64,000 nt of DNA from Callorhinchus milii (taxonomy: Eukaryota), in contig NW_024704742.1 of assembly GCF_018977255.1 (NCBI RefSeq), forward strand, positions 71,798,001-71,862,000, read 5' to 3'. Made by a program: the position numbers and the translations under genes. Shown one piece after another: positions 13,018 to 24,752 of this stretch. The notes under the pieces were generated by a model, which was not told the DNA's origin, searched no databases, and worked only from the letters and a program-made list of their open reading frames with translations. Position 1 is the stretch's first letter. Each line of letters opens with the position of its first letter.

Positions 13018-13170
13018 CTATGCCATTGTTGGGCACTCAGAGATAGAGGGTTCCCTGTGGCCAGTGCTTGCTGCCATGCCTGGGCTGGCAGTGGGCTTGA
13101 CGGGCATCACGGCAGGAGCGTCCCTCATGTTATCGTACCAGCTCGGCTTCTCGTCCTCCTCCATATGGTC
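13018..13170 (-). CDS. Candidate orphan exon/small ORF (DHMEEDEKPSWYDNMRDAPAVMPVKPTASPGMAASTGHREPSISECPTMA*)
   Basis: Strong acceptor ctaatctctgtgtctttgacag on the minus strand. Only one frame is open (50 codons plus TAG). Non-repetitive, CpG-containing sequence; no recognised homolog. Confidence 0.3.
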   Translation of the reverse strand, partial: DHMEEDEKPSWYDNMRDAPAVMPVKPTASPGMAASTGHREPSISECPTMA

Positions 13171-15084
13171 CTGTCAAAGACACAGAGATTAGTCTGTCCC
13201 CCTCTAACCTGAGGCTCTAATCTTCTCCAGGGCTTCACTCACCAGCACCCCAGCTTTACATCATATCCTGTGTGAAGTCCTGTGGATCACCTGAACAGGC
13301 AGATGGGACCTCGGCTTAATGTCCAAGTCCCAACTTGGGGCATGAACCCACATCCTTCTGACTCTGAGGAAAGAGTGCTACAACTGAGCCAGGCTGACAC
13401 ACAATGGGCTACTTGTCCTGGGTAATGGGATAAAGCTGAGCTTTATTCTCCTTCTCAGAAACCAACAATAAGATTAAGCCCTCTCAGATCAGCTCATTTT
13501 CTGTCAAAGAACCCAAAATTCCACTTAGCCTCAGTTTGAGAAAGCAAATGAAGGGATTTATTTTGCTATTGCTGGGGGGGGAAAAAATTGGTCACTTAAC
13601 TCCACGACTGTTTGTGGGACACTGCTGTGCGCAATTGGCTCCCGCGTTTCGCCCTCAAAATATACAGTCAATTTACTTTGCAATATTCTGTGAAGCGCTT
13701 TGAGACGTCTCGAAGATATGATAAGGCACTACATCAAATGCAGGGATTATTATTATTATTATTGTTATCTGGTCCAAAAATCTGGGCACGGTTTTCGATG
13801 GTTCCAAGCTGCATGTTGTGTTGATCTTCGGCCACTGGGCGGCAGTGCTCCCCCTCGGTAAGGAGAATCTTTGCATCTGCATCACTATTCCCTGGGGCGT
13901 GTAGGGGTTGGGGTAGGGGTGTGGGAGGTAATCCTTCAATTTAAGTTTGATTTGATCCTTGAAGTAAGTGGAGTCTTCTTATAGCTGAGCTGTCTCCAAG
14001 GTGATGTGGGATATTGCTGTGCGCAAATTGTCTGCCATCTTTGCCTACAACTACACAGCCACTACAGTTACAATAAAACATTGTGAAGTGCTTTGAGACA
14101 TCTCAATGTCATCATAGATGTTGTATCACATGCAAGGATTATTTATCACTGTGCTTGACAACAGACTGTCAGAATCCAGTCAACCGTCTGTGGTGGTCTC
14201 AGTAATTGGTGACTGACTGGGTGTCATAGTAATATAATAATCTTTGCATTTGATATAACACGTTATTGCATCTCAAAGTGCTTCACAGAGTGCACAGGAG
14301 TGTCCCACAAACGGTCATGAATTGAGTGACCAAATTATTATTTGATGGGAGCCAAGCAGGAGAGCCTCCGTCTTGTTGACATTGAACTGGAGAAAGTTAG
14401 CTCTCACCCAGGACTTGATGTCCGATAGGCAGTGTGTGAGGACAGCAATGGTTCTGGAGTCGAGGGTGGAGGCAGAGGGTGAATTATCCCCAGAAAGCGA
14501 TCTGCCGATCGACTAACAACTGGGTTCCTACTTACTGCTAGGTAAATAGAGGCATGTGAAGTAAGGAAATTTGCCTAAGGTTTCACCCTGCTGGCAATAA
14601 GATAGCAAAATACATTACAAGAAATTCTGGTCACTCAATCAATGACTTTGTGGGACACTGCTGTGTACAATTGGCTGCCGGGTCTCTGCCACACAAAAAA
14701 TACACAGTCAATCCACTTTACAATATATTCTGTGAAATGCTTTGAGACAAGGTTCTACATCAAATGCAAGGATTATTATTATTTGTGTCTCAGAGGCCGA
14801 GAGCAGTAGTTGCAGAGCCAGGCTGTCACGTTGATGGATAATTCCCGTTCGATCATGTGGCTTGCTGGTGGCTGACTAGCCACGTGAACGTGATCATTAA
14901 AACACCATTAATAAGGCTGCATCCTTCAGTCCTACTTCTTACTGGTGTCTCACTGGTCAGGAGTTGCTGACACAGGCATTTTCGCTGAGTGCTTTTGTGG
15001 CAGAACACTGCAATGGGGCCTGATTGTGAGCTCAGTACAGAGAATAACTCCACGGTGCCAGAATCACATAGCATAAGCTGATGC

Positions 15085-15412
15085 TCCAGCCCAGCGCTGG
15101 GCGTGTGTTGTATTGTCAGAGGTGCCGTCCTTTAGATGAGACGCTAAACTGAAGTCCCATCTGCCTGTTCAGTTGGACATTAAAGATCCCAAGACATTAT
15201 TCGAAAAGAGAAGGGAGTTTCTTTCTCCCGGTGTCCTGACTTAAAATCCCCCAAAATAAAATTGGTCACTCACGCCACAACTGTTTGTGGGACACTGCTG
15301 TGCGCAAACTGGCTGAGAAGTTTCGCCCATAAAATACACAGTCACTACACTTTACAGAACGTTATGTAAAGCACTAAGGCGCTATATCAAATGCAAGGAT
15401 TATTATTATTAC
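15085..15412 (+). mobile_element. SacSINE1-like DeuSINE (second SINE family)
   Basis: gtcagaggtgccgtcctttagatgagacgctaaac…aaagatcccaag…gaaaagagaagggagttt…Deu core…L2 tail. Other copies at about 2770, 7850, 8960, 10700, 12800, 18600, 19850, 23150, 38600, 50860, 56570 and 61460. Confidence 0.75.
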
Positions 15413-16299
15413 ATTATCCTAAGCCTGACACATCCTCCCCCTCACCACGTCCCCACCTATCAGGCTGCCTACCCGGTATCGCCTTCAAGATCCTCGTTCA
15501 CTCCCTTAAAACCCCCCCACCCCACATTGCCTCCAGCCCTCAGTCTCCTCCTCCAGCCTCAGGTTATCAACAACAATGGTGCTCACTCCTCCCAGCACTG
15601 CACATGGGTGTCAGCCTCAACTGTGAGCTCAGAGTCCCCAATGTGGGCCGCAACCTCCAGAATCCGAGGAGTGAGTGCGAGCGGCTGAGCCAGTCTATGT
15701 AAATGGGCGCTTGCCCAGTCCCAGGGTGTGGTTTACCAGTCGTGAGATGGATGTTGCCCGTCCCCTTTCACTTTGAATGAGCTCCAGTGTGATGCTGACA
15801 TGTGAATAACCCGCCAGCTCTGCATTGCTCTTATCTCACTTTCCTCTGCCTGTTGTTATTTTTGTGGCTCCGTTTCTTATGTAAACCCCCGTCTCATGTC
15901 CTCTCTCACACCAGGCCTCATGAGCCAATCACCTCCATCCTCGCCCGGCTCCACTGGCTCCCTATCCACTAGAGGATAGAGTTCAAGATCCTTGTCCTCA
16001 CTCTTGAGTCCCTCCACATTCACCCACATAATACACAATCATTTTAAACTAAATGCTGTGAAGAGTTTGAGTTAATAATGATCCTTGCATTTAATACAGC
16101 GCTTTCCACGTCATTGCAACGTCTCAAAAGCACTTCACAGGATATACTGTAAACTATGTATTTTGTGAGCGGAACACGACATCCCACAAACAGCCATGAG
16201 GTGAGTGACCAATTTTATTTGGGGGATGTTGGCCAGGAGATGTTTTGATAAAAGTAAGGATTAGTCTTATTATTCTAGTTTATTAAAAGTGAGATTATG

Positions 16300-17220
16300 G
16301 TAGAGAGACCATGAAACGGATAAACAGGGATCTGGGATTTATACACAGAGCCATTACACACAAGAATGAGGAAGTGATGAATCTGTACAGATGTGGATTA
16401 GGCCACAGCTGGAGTATTGCGGATAGTTTTGGGCCACATTATAGAGAGATGAGAACGGGCAGCGTAGGCTCACAAGGCTCAATACCGACCTGTCTGCTTC
16501 CTCTGACCAGCGGGCTCCGGCTTGCCCCACATCCCCTGCCCTGCCCATCCCACCATCGGCAGCGGGCCTTCAGCCTTTCTGCCCCCACCATTGTAACTCC
16601 ATCCCACAATCCCTTTGGCTAACTCCCTTCCTTACCTCCTTCAAGGCACGTCTCAAGATCTACCTCTTTGACTGTGCCTTCAGTTACCTTCCTTATCCTC
16701 ACCCTCGCTGACCTCCATCCCTCCTGATCCCAGAACCCTGCTCAGGTCCAAATTTCCTGGCTGTCCAACATAGGGACGTGAAATGAGCTATACAAATGTA
16801 ATAATTTGTTGTTGTTGACGCCGGAGATGTAAAGTTCTAACTATGAGGAGAGGCTGGAGAGGTTCAAAGTCTTCCCGTTGGAACAGAGTAAGTTGAGAGT
16901 GGTGGGATCAATTTGTTGTGATAGTGAAAGGGCTTGAGACAATTCATGGTGAAAAGTTCTCTTTCTGCTGGATTGAGTATTGGAGGACAAGAGAGCTTGA
17001 ATTCCACACTGTGACCCGGGGATTGAGAGAAGTTCAGAGGAACTTCTACCAGAAGGTTGTCAGGGGGTGGAGTAACTTGTCAGGGCGGCTGTTCGTGTAG
17101 CACTGTTGGTGGGTGGGAGGGGGGGGAGAGCGACATTTAGAAAACAGAGGAAGGAGATTTGAGTAAAGAGGGAGAGCAGGGGAAATTGGAGTTAGGATGG
17201 ATGGATTCTTGGGGAGCGAA
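16300..17220 (+). mobile_element. CR1 LINE 3' ORF2 remnant interrupted by an L2 3' end (about 16460-16816)
   Basis: NRDLGFIHRAITHKNEEVMNLY…RPQLEY…HYR, then NYEERLERFKVFPLEQSKLR and QKVVRGW after the insert: CR1 C-terminal motifs. Confidence 0.8.
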
Positions 17221-17629
17221 CACCAGGACAGTGTGAGCGTGCCTATCGCAAACCCTGAGCAGCTTCTATAAGTGAAAATCTGGAGCCAGCCACCCCCCAC
17301 CCCACGCCACCCCGGGAATGTTCTGAGCTCCTTGTCCTGGCCAACCGCACACCCCGGTCCCCTCCCCCTCCACCCGCAACAACGAACATGTTGTGAATCT
17401 CTGTGGTTTTACAGGGTCAAGGGTGTGAGAGGCAACGTCAGAACAGAGACCAGGAAGTATTCCTTTACACAGAGAGGGAATTGACGGTTGAGATCGGGGT
17501 CCTCAGGAAGGTTGGTTGTCGCTGTGATGGGAGAATGGGCAGGTAGGAAATGTGGAGGGATGAGATCAAATGGGCCAAAGGGTCTTCTTCATCTGAATCT
17601 CTGGTGTGTGTGTTGGACGGGGAATTGTC

Positions 17630-17760
17630 TTGAGGTGGGTGGGGTGGAGGGGTGAGGCGGCGATTGGGGAGGGGTGATTTTCAGTAGTGGGAGGTGGGCG
17701 GGTCTAGTTATGAGGCGGGGCCTGTGGAACAATGGCGGACAGTGATTGACAGCAGACCAG
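17630..17760 (+). promoter_or_regulatory. Candidate promoter-like motif cluster (possible alternative RAB11FIP5 promoter)
   Basis: GC/GT boxes, ATTGG (17663-17667), GAGGCGGGGC (17712-17721), YY1-like CAATGGCGG, PBX/PREP decamer TGATTGACAG (17743-17752); consensus donor TGG|GTAAGC at 18043/18044. Confidence 0.4.
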
Positions 17761-19019
17761 GAGAAGGTCAACAATGAGCCCAGCCCGAGAGCACTGTGTC
17801 TGGGCCCCGAGATCAGCCAAACCCACACCTTCCTCTGAGCGAGTTCCACCCACCAGCCACTTGGCTGCTCTCTTGGGCAGGTGCACCCACCTCATCCGGG
17901 CCTCTGCCTCCCACCCCATTGCACCCTCCACCATGTCGCCAAGCTCCCAGGATGATCTCCCTGACCTGGCTTATCACATCCCCTCCTCAGCCCTGTGACC
18001 ACCCCACCCTCCTCTCAGCACTTGCTGAAGCCTGACACACTGGGTAAGCGACATCCCACAGGGTTAGGGGGAGTGGCTGTGGGAGGGGTAGCAGGCTTCT
18101 TGCGGGGAGGGGGAAATAGCTTGAAAGGGGAATATTATGGGTTCAAGCACTCCCCAACAACAACAAATTACATTTATATAGCTCCTTTCATTTTGGGAGT
18201 ACGTCCCAAGGTACTGAGAAGAAAGGGAAGGATCCAGAGGAGTAAGGGGAAAGACCCAATGAAGAACTGGAGTTGAGGGACACCTCACCACCATGAAGGT
18301 TGGACGTTGGGATATAGTGAAATGGCTGGCGTGGCTTCAAGGTGTTACCTAGTGCGATCCAGGTTTCAGTGAGGGAGAGGATGTCAATGTTTTTGTTGAC
18401 AATGAGATCGTGTTCAATGAGGACTTTATTGGAGAGGGCTCCCCATCCCACCCCATATCCATACCTGGGTCATAGAGATATAGAAAGGGCAGGGCCCAGG
18501 GATTAAAAGATCTGTTGTGATTTAATAAACTGGTAGAACAGACTTGATGGGCTGAATAGCTTTCACCTGTTCCTGATTTCCTACATCCAGGGGTTCTGAG
18601 ATCACTATTCAGGCTGACACTCCAGTACAGTGCTGGGGAGAGAGCGCAACATTGTTAGAGGCGTCGCCCTTTGGGCGAGATGTTTAACCGAGTTTCTGTC
18701 TGTTCAGGTGGATGTTAAAGATCCCACTGTCGGGGAAAGAGAAGGGAATTTTTCTGTCCCGGTGTCCTGGCTGACAATCCCCCAGAAAAAAAGGTCCATT
18801 CATGATGGTGAACAGCTTCCAAATTTGCCTTGAAATGTAGTCACTACAATTGAGAGTAATTACTTGGAAGCATTGTGTAATGTTTTGAAGTGATGAAAGT
18901 ACAGGCTGGGATGTGAGTGCTGCTGAGATACTGTGTTGGTGAGATGGTTTTCCAGGTTGTGCCTGGTGATGAAAGGGTTAACAAAGTGAAACTTTATTCA
19001 CTAATCAGCAAATCCATGA

Positions 19020-19635
19020 CCACAGGAGATCATCAGAGGAGAAGGGAGAGGTTAGAAATAACTTTCCACAGAGGGTTATTCATGTGAAATGTCTCGAATT
19101 AGAGTGTGTGTGAAGCTGAGTCTGTAACACAGTTTAAAAACAAATTAGATAAATACTGGATGATAAATAATATTAAATAGAAAGAGTAGAGAATGGGATT
19201 AGAGTAGAGAGCTCTAGTGGGGGAGCGAGCACCAGCACAGACATGATGGGGAGAGAGCAGGGAATGGGATTAGAGTAGAGAGCTCCAGTGGGGGAGTGAG
19301 CACCAGCACAGACATGATGGGGAGAGAGCAGGGAATGGGATTAGAGTAGAGAGCTCCAGTGGGGGAGTGAGCACCAGCACAGACATGATGGGGAGAGAGC
19401 AGGGAATGGGATTAGAGTAGAGAGCTCCAGTGGGGGAGTGAGCACCAGCACAGACATGATGGGGAGAGAGCAGGGAATGGGATTAGAGTAGAGAGCTCCA
19501 GTGGGGGAGTGAGCACCAGCACAGACATGATGGGGAGAGAGCAGGGAATGGGATTAGAGTAGAGAGCTCCAGTGGGGGAGTGATCACCAGCACAGACACG
19601 ATCAGGGTCTGAATGGCCTCTTTTTGTGCTGTAAA
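19020..19635 (+). mobile_element. CR1 3' end containing an expanded minisatellite
   Basis: RNNFPQRVIH…FKNKLDKY remnant, then terminal cacagacacgat…gaatggcctctttttgtgctgtaa. Confidence 0.75.
19191..19597. repeat. 71-bp minisatellite, about 5.7 near-identical copies
   Basis: Unit GGGAATGGGATTAGAGTAGAGAGCTCCAGTGGGGGAGTGAGCACCAGCACAGACATGATGGGGAGAGAGCA; period 71 (19261, 19332, 19403…). Confidence 0.95.
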
Positions 19636-20454
19636 CAAGTGTAATGCAGTCGTGCTTTCTGGAACATTCCGTAACAGTGGAGTTATTGGATACACACGTG
19701 GCTGTTACATTCTCCTCTGTAAATGCCAACCAGAGGAGCGTGACAGTTAATCTGCTTGACCTCGGGGGGAGAGGGAGAACTTGGATGTGACTCAGTGTTT
19801 ACAAACATCTCAAAAGACCTCACAAGATATTGCTGCAAAGTGTGGTGACTGTGTGCTTTGTGGGTGAATGCAACAATCAATTTGTGTGCAGCAACATCCC
19901 ATAAATAGCCATGACGTAAATGAATGATTTATCTGGGGGATTGTTGGCCAGGACACTGGGAGAGAGAAACTCCTTTCTCTTTTCCAAAAGTGCTGCAGGA
20001 TCTTTAACGACCATCTAAACAAGGCAAAGATGGGAACTTGGTTAACTGTCTTATCCGAAAGTGCATTGCGGATTGGACTGTGAATTCCAACATGGGACTT
20101 GCACCCACAACCTGGTGACTTGGAGCAAGAGTATGGGGTGGGGGGGGGAAGGGGGTTGAGTCCGGCTGCCATGGAATAAACCCACCCCCCCCCCTTGCCC
20201 CCGGTTATATGTGGCTGTGAGACTGGCTGGGGTGTGGGCACAGAGGGAGGTGATGGTGGTTTGCAGTGAATATTGTTTTGTTCCAGGGGCCTGGAATTTA
20301 ACTTGGAATCAGGAATGTGGCAACTCTTCAGTTTTTTCAGGGTCAGGTCGGGCCCCGAGGGGGAGGGAGTGATGGAGAGCGGCACCCCAGCTGGCAGAGA
20401 TAGTGTCAGCCTCTGCTTGACACAGTGACTGACTCTTATGGGAGTGATTGAGGC

Positions 20455-20806
20455 TGTGTGTGTGCGTGTGTATCTCTCTCTCCGAGTCTCTACATATCTG
20501 TGTATGTCTCTGTATGTCTCTCTCAGTCTTTGTGAATGTCTCTCTCTCTGATTCTGTGTGTGTGTCTCTCTCTCTCTGCTTCTCTCCCTCTCTGTTTCTC
20601 TGTCTGTATGTGTATGTCTTTCTCTCTTTGTGAGTGTCTCTGTCTGTATCTCTGACTCTGTATGTGTGTGTCTCTCTGTGTCTGTGTGTATCTCTCTGTA
20701 TCTCTGTGTATCTGTGTGTGTGTGTCTCTCTCTGTATCTCTGACTCTGTGTGTGTGTCTCTCTCTCGGTATCTCTGACTGTGTGTGTGTGTGTGTGTGTG
20801 TGCGTG

Positions 20807-20837
<31 letters not shown>

Positions 20838-20900
20838 GACTGTGTGTGTATGTCTCTCTGTATATCTGACTATGTGTATGTGTCTCTCTCACTCTCTTTC
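20455..20900. repeat. Compound (TG)n/(TC)n microsatellite
   Basis: Direct inspection. Confidence 0.95.
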
Positions 20901-21399
20901 CACATTCCAGTGGTGTGCAGGCCCTGCCTCCTGAGATCTGGTGTGGCCACATATTAGTATGTTCTGAGGCTTGGTTTGGGCTGGAACAGGTCTCGAAGGA
21001 AAGAAAGTTTTAAACAACAACTTGCGTTTATATCACGCCTTTGTGTGGGCAGCATCTGCTTTTAAAGTGCTTTTAAAGTGTGTAAGGAATGGGAGAGAGG
21101 GAGCTGCTGTCAGCCCAGCTCGATCTATGTCAGCTCACACTCTTGCACTCTCACCACTAAGTCAGAAGATTGAGACATTAATTGCCTGAACGGTGATGTG
21201 TAAGATTCTTCCTACTCAGCTCCTGCTAATCCTGCAACCCAAAGCCTTAACGGATAAGGTGGTCCTAGCTGGACAAGCAGCGGGAAAGCTTGCCAGATAG
21301 TGTTCTCATGACGAGCTATGTAGTTCTAACTGGTGAAACTTCAGCAGTTACCCCAACGCACACTCTGGGGTCCCCAAACCTCAGCTCTTGCCAACCTGT

Positions 21400-21760
21400 G
21401 CCTACCTGCCTGTACCCTCCGTTCCTCTGGCTCCGGTCTGCTCCACATCCCCCGCCCCAACCGCCTTACCTTTGGTGGCCGGGCCTTCAGCCTCTCAGCC
21501 CCGAGGCTCTGGAACTCTATCCCCAAGTGCCTTCGCCGCCTCCTCCCTTTCCTCTTTCAAGGCCGGTCTCAAGACCTTTCTCTTTGACCGAGCCTTCAGC
21601 TCCCCTCTCGACTCTCTACCCCCTCCTCGCTCCCTCCCTTCCCTCCCCTCACCCTGACCATTTCCCCCCTGCTCGGGTCCTGACCCAACTGTACAGCGCC
21701 TTGGGACGTCCTCCCGACGTGAAAGGCGCTCTATAAATGGAATCGTGTTGTTGTTGTTGT
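21400..21760 (+). mobile_element. Young L2 3' end with (GTT)n tail
   Basis: RSSGSGLLHIPRP…GGRAFSLSAPRLWNS…FKAGLKTFLFDRAF; nearly identical to the copy at 3784-3975. Confidence 0.88.
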
Positions 21761-23499
21761 AATACTCTCGGGAAATGGGAGAGAGTGCACATTTCATTCC
21801 AGAGACAGGAAAATTTCCATAAGTGACATATATATGTGGCACTCAGTCTGGTTTCTCTCTTGCCAGACACCATGATGGTTTTCTGTGAGTGTTAAATGCA
21901 AGGCTGATGAAACCAATAGTGAAAGAAAGTTCCTGACACTATAGTGAAGAAATACGATGCAGCTTGTGAATACTGCCCTGCAGTGTAGTGACTGTGTTAC
22001 ATTGGCTATCAGAAGCGAATGGAGCTAAGGGGAAGTTATCTCACAGCCCAGCTCATTGACGGGTGATGTGTGGCTTCCTCTGCATCTTCCAGATAAGCCT
22101 GCGTAAGTGATGGGGGGAGGAGGAGGCTGCTATGACTGCTCTCTTTCTGACCTTGTTAGGCAACAAACTTTAGTGTGTCTTAGCACTGAAAGAAAGTTTA
22201 CTGTTTTACCCAATGAAGCCCTGTTTTAGTGCACGTTTCAAATAAATAACTATCTGTGCAATGATCTCAGGCCTTTCATGTCAGGGGAATGTCTCAAAGT
22301 GCTTCACCAGGGCCTTTCTCTAAAGTGTAGTGTGTATTTTCTGGGCGAATGCAGCTGCCAATTTTGAGCAGGTAATGGGATTAGAGAGCGCTAGTGGGAG
22401 AGTGAGCACCAGCACAGACCCGATGGGGAGAGAGCAGGGAATGGGATTAGAGAGCTCCAGTGGGGAAGCGAGTGATGTGCAAAATGGCTGTGACGTTTTA
22501 CCTACAAATAGTTACACTTGTCAGTGTGAATGGTCTGGCTGTTTAACAGGATGAAAAGTAGTATAAAGTCACAGGTTGTGGGCTGCAATTATTAGGCTGT
22601 GAAGCCAGGTTAGGGGAGTGCTAAGATGAGTGAGACTTCTCCCTCCCCCACCGCAGATCTTACCCACTCTCCATGGAGAGGCTTTGGCAGCCATTCCAGA
22701 GATAACATTCCAGGTTTCCTGTATCCGGCCTCACTCGGGAAAGCAAAACAGAAATATTTTTTTAAATGGTTTTGTTCAACCAGGTATCAGATCTAAGCAG
22801 AAACCCATCACCATGATCATCCGACACACACGGAAACCCATCACTGTGATCAGCCGGGTATCTGACACACACAGAAACCCATTTCTATGATCCGCCGGGT
22901 GTTTGACATAGACAGAAACCCATCACAGTACTTAACAGTCTCCAAACATATATATAGGAACAGGAGCAGACCACTTCTGGATTCCCCCACCAGAGGAAAT
23001 TTTTCTAACTACATTAAACCAGACTGAGAGTTCCACATATATATGCTATCTACACATGGAGATTTCTTTATTTCCAGAGATTATTAGGTACAGGTTGGTG
23101 AGAGAGAGTTTTGGAGTAACTGGTGTTTACTCAACTAAAATTCCTGGGACCAAGGACCCATCTGTGCCTGTTCAGGTTGATGTTAAACATACCGCAGCGC
23201 TACTTGAGAAGAGAAGGGAGTTTCTCTCGCCCCCATGTCCTGGCCAACAATCCCCCAGATAAAATCATTCAAACATGCTCAGCCATGCAGCTGTTTGTGG
23301 AATGTTGCTGTGTGAAAATTGTCTGCCGTATTCACCTACAAAATACAATCACTGCACTTTACAGTGAATCCTGTGAAGCACTTGGAGATGTCCTCCCAGC
23401 ATGAAAGGTGCTGTATCAGATGCAAGGATTATTACTTGATGATAATGCAAGGTTGAAATATCTTGAAGCGTTTTAAGGCAAAATACTGTGCATTTTATT

Positions 23500-23852
23500 T
23501 GTATGCGTGGGGAGAGGGTATTGTGTGTGTGTGTTGTGGGGTTGTTGGTTCATGTGTTGGGTGTGTCTGTTTTGCCCACGTGCGCATGTTTGTGTGTTAG
23601 GGTGTATGTGTGTTGTGGGTATGTGTTGTGTGTGTGGTGGGGGGGGTGGTGTTGGGGTGGGGGTATGTGTGTGTTGGCTCTGGGTGTGTATGTGTATGTG
23701 TTGGGTGTGTGTGTGTTGAGTGGGGTGTATGTGTTGTGGTGTTGGGTGTGCACTGTGCGTGTGTGTGTTGGGGGGTATTGGGGATTGTGTGTTGGGGGGT
23801 TTGTGTGTTGGGGGGGTTGTGTGTTGGGGGGTTGTGCATTGGGGGGGTGTTG
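23500..23852. repeat. GT-rich low-complexity tract abutting the RAB11FIP5 exon acceptor
   Basis: Direct inspection. Confidence 0.9.
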
Positions 23853-23885
23853 GTCTCCTCTGATCCTCCTGCTTTGTCCCATCAG

Positions 23886-24388
23886 ATGGTACAAGTTGCA
23901 CTCAAAGCCTGGGGAGAAAGAGAAGGAGCGTGGAGAGATTGAGGTCAGCATGCAGTTTGTTCGCAACCATCTGACGGCCAGCCTGCTGGACTTGTCCAGC
24001 AAAGAGAAGCCTCGCTCAGCCCTGGGCAAGATTAAGGACAAAATGAGGGGCAAGAAGAAACGCGACAGCCTGACCTCCGACACGGCCTCCGCCATTGTGC
24101 CGGCCAGTGCTGCAGTGCCCGGCGCCAGCGAGGAGGAGAGCAGCCGGGACCTCCCGAGCACCAAGTCCAAGTCCAGGGGCTTCTTCTTCAAGAGCAAAGT
24201 CCGCAAGAGCTCACTCACCATGTCCAACAGCTCGCTCAACTCAGAGCAGAGCGCTCGTTCCCTGGAGAGCCCAGGCCCAGGGAGCCCAGGCTCTCCTAGA
24301 GACACAAGTCCAACCAGCCCCAAAGACACAGCCCCCACTAAAGCCATGGCTGTCCTCAGCATCCAGCACTCCCCAGCCAGGAATCCAG
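23886..24388 (+). CDS. RAB11FIP5: Rab11 family-interacting protein 5, coding exon 2 (end of C2 domain)
   Basis: WYKLHSKPGEKEKERGEIEVSMQFVRNHLTASLLDLSSKEKPRSALGKIKDKMRGKKK…SASAI-like…GFFFKSKVRKSSLTMSNSSL. Acceptor catcag at 23885, donor gtgagt at 24389; phase 2 to 1. Confidence 0.95.
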
Positions 24389-24597
24389 GTGAGTGTGTGC
24401 GTGTCAGGAGCTCAGGTTAACGTCTCATCTGAAGTATGGCACCGCTGGCAATGCAGCGCTCCTCTTCCCCTGAACTGTGTTGGAGCGTCAGTCTGGACTG
24501 TGAGCGCAGAACTTGTAGGATCAAGTTTATTGAACATTGGGGTCTTTTCAGCTCATAATTTAGGCGAACACTAGATGGAAGGGTTGAGGGCTCGCTT

Positions 24598-24752
24598 CCT
24601 CAGTCCAGCCGTCTACTCTCTCCCTCAGTCCAGCCATTTACTCTCTCCTTCAATCCAGCCGTCTGCTTCCAGCCGTAAGCTCTCTCCCTCAGTCCAGCCA
24701 TCTGCTCCCTCAGTCCAGCCATCTTCTCGCTCTCTCGCTCAGTCCAGTCATC
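24598..24752. repeat. Degenerate tandem repeat with core CTCAGTCCAGCC
   Basis: About 7 imperfect copies. Confidence 0.7.

Noticed and set aside
13673..14000. Minus-strand ORF KDYLPHPYPNPY… as an exon
   Set aside because: No convincing splice sites or homology; it runs into a SINE tail. The sequence is unique but cannot be assigned.
19191..19597. CRISPR-like regular array
   Set aside because: The units are contiguous identical repeats with no unique spacers, in a eukaryotic context with no cas genes.
21900..21940. Hammerhead ribozyme (CTGATGA…GAAA); also CTGATGAG at about 58498 and 27646
   Set aside because: Stems II and III do not pair, or the GAAA core is missing.
23488..23885. Cys/Val-rich N-terminus of the 310-aa ORF as the RAB11FIP5 start
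   Set aside because: Translation of a GT-rich simple repeat upstream of a clear splice acceptor.
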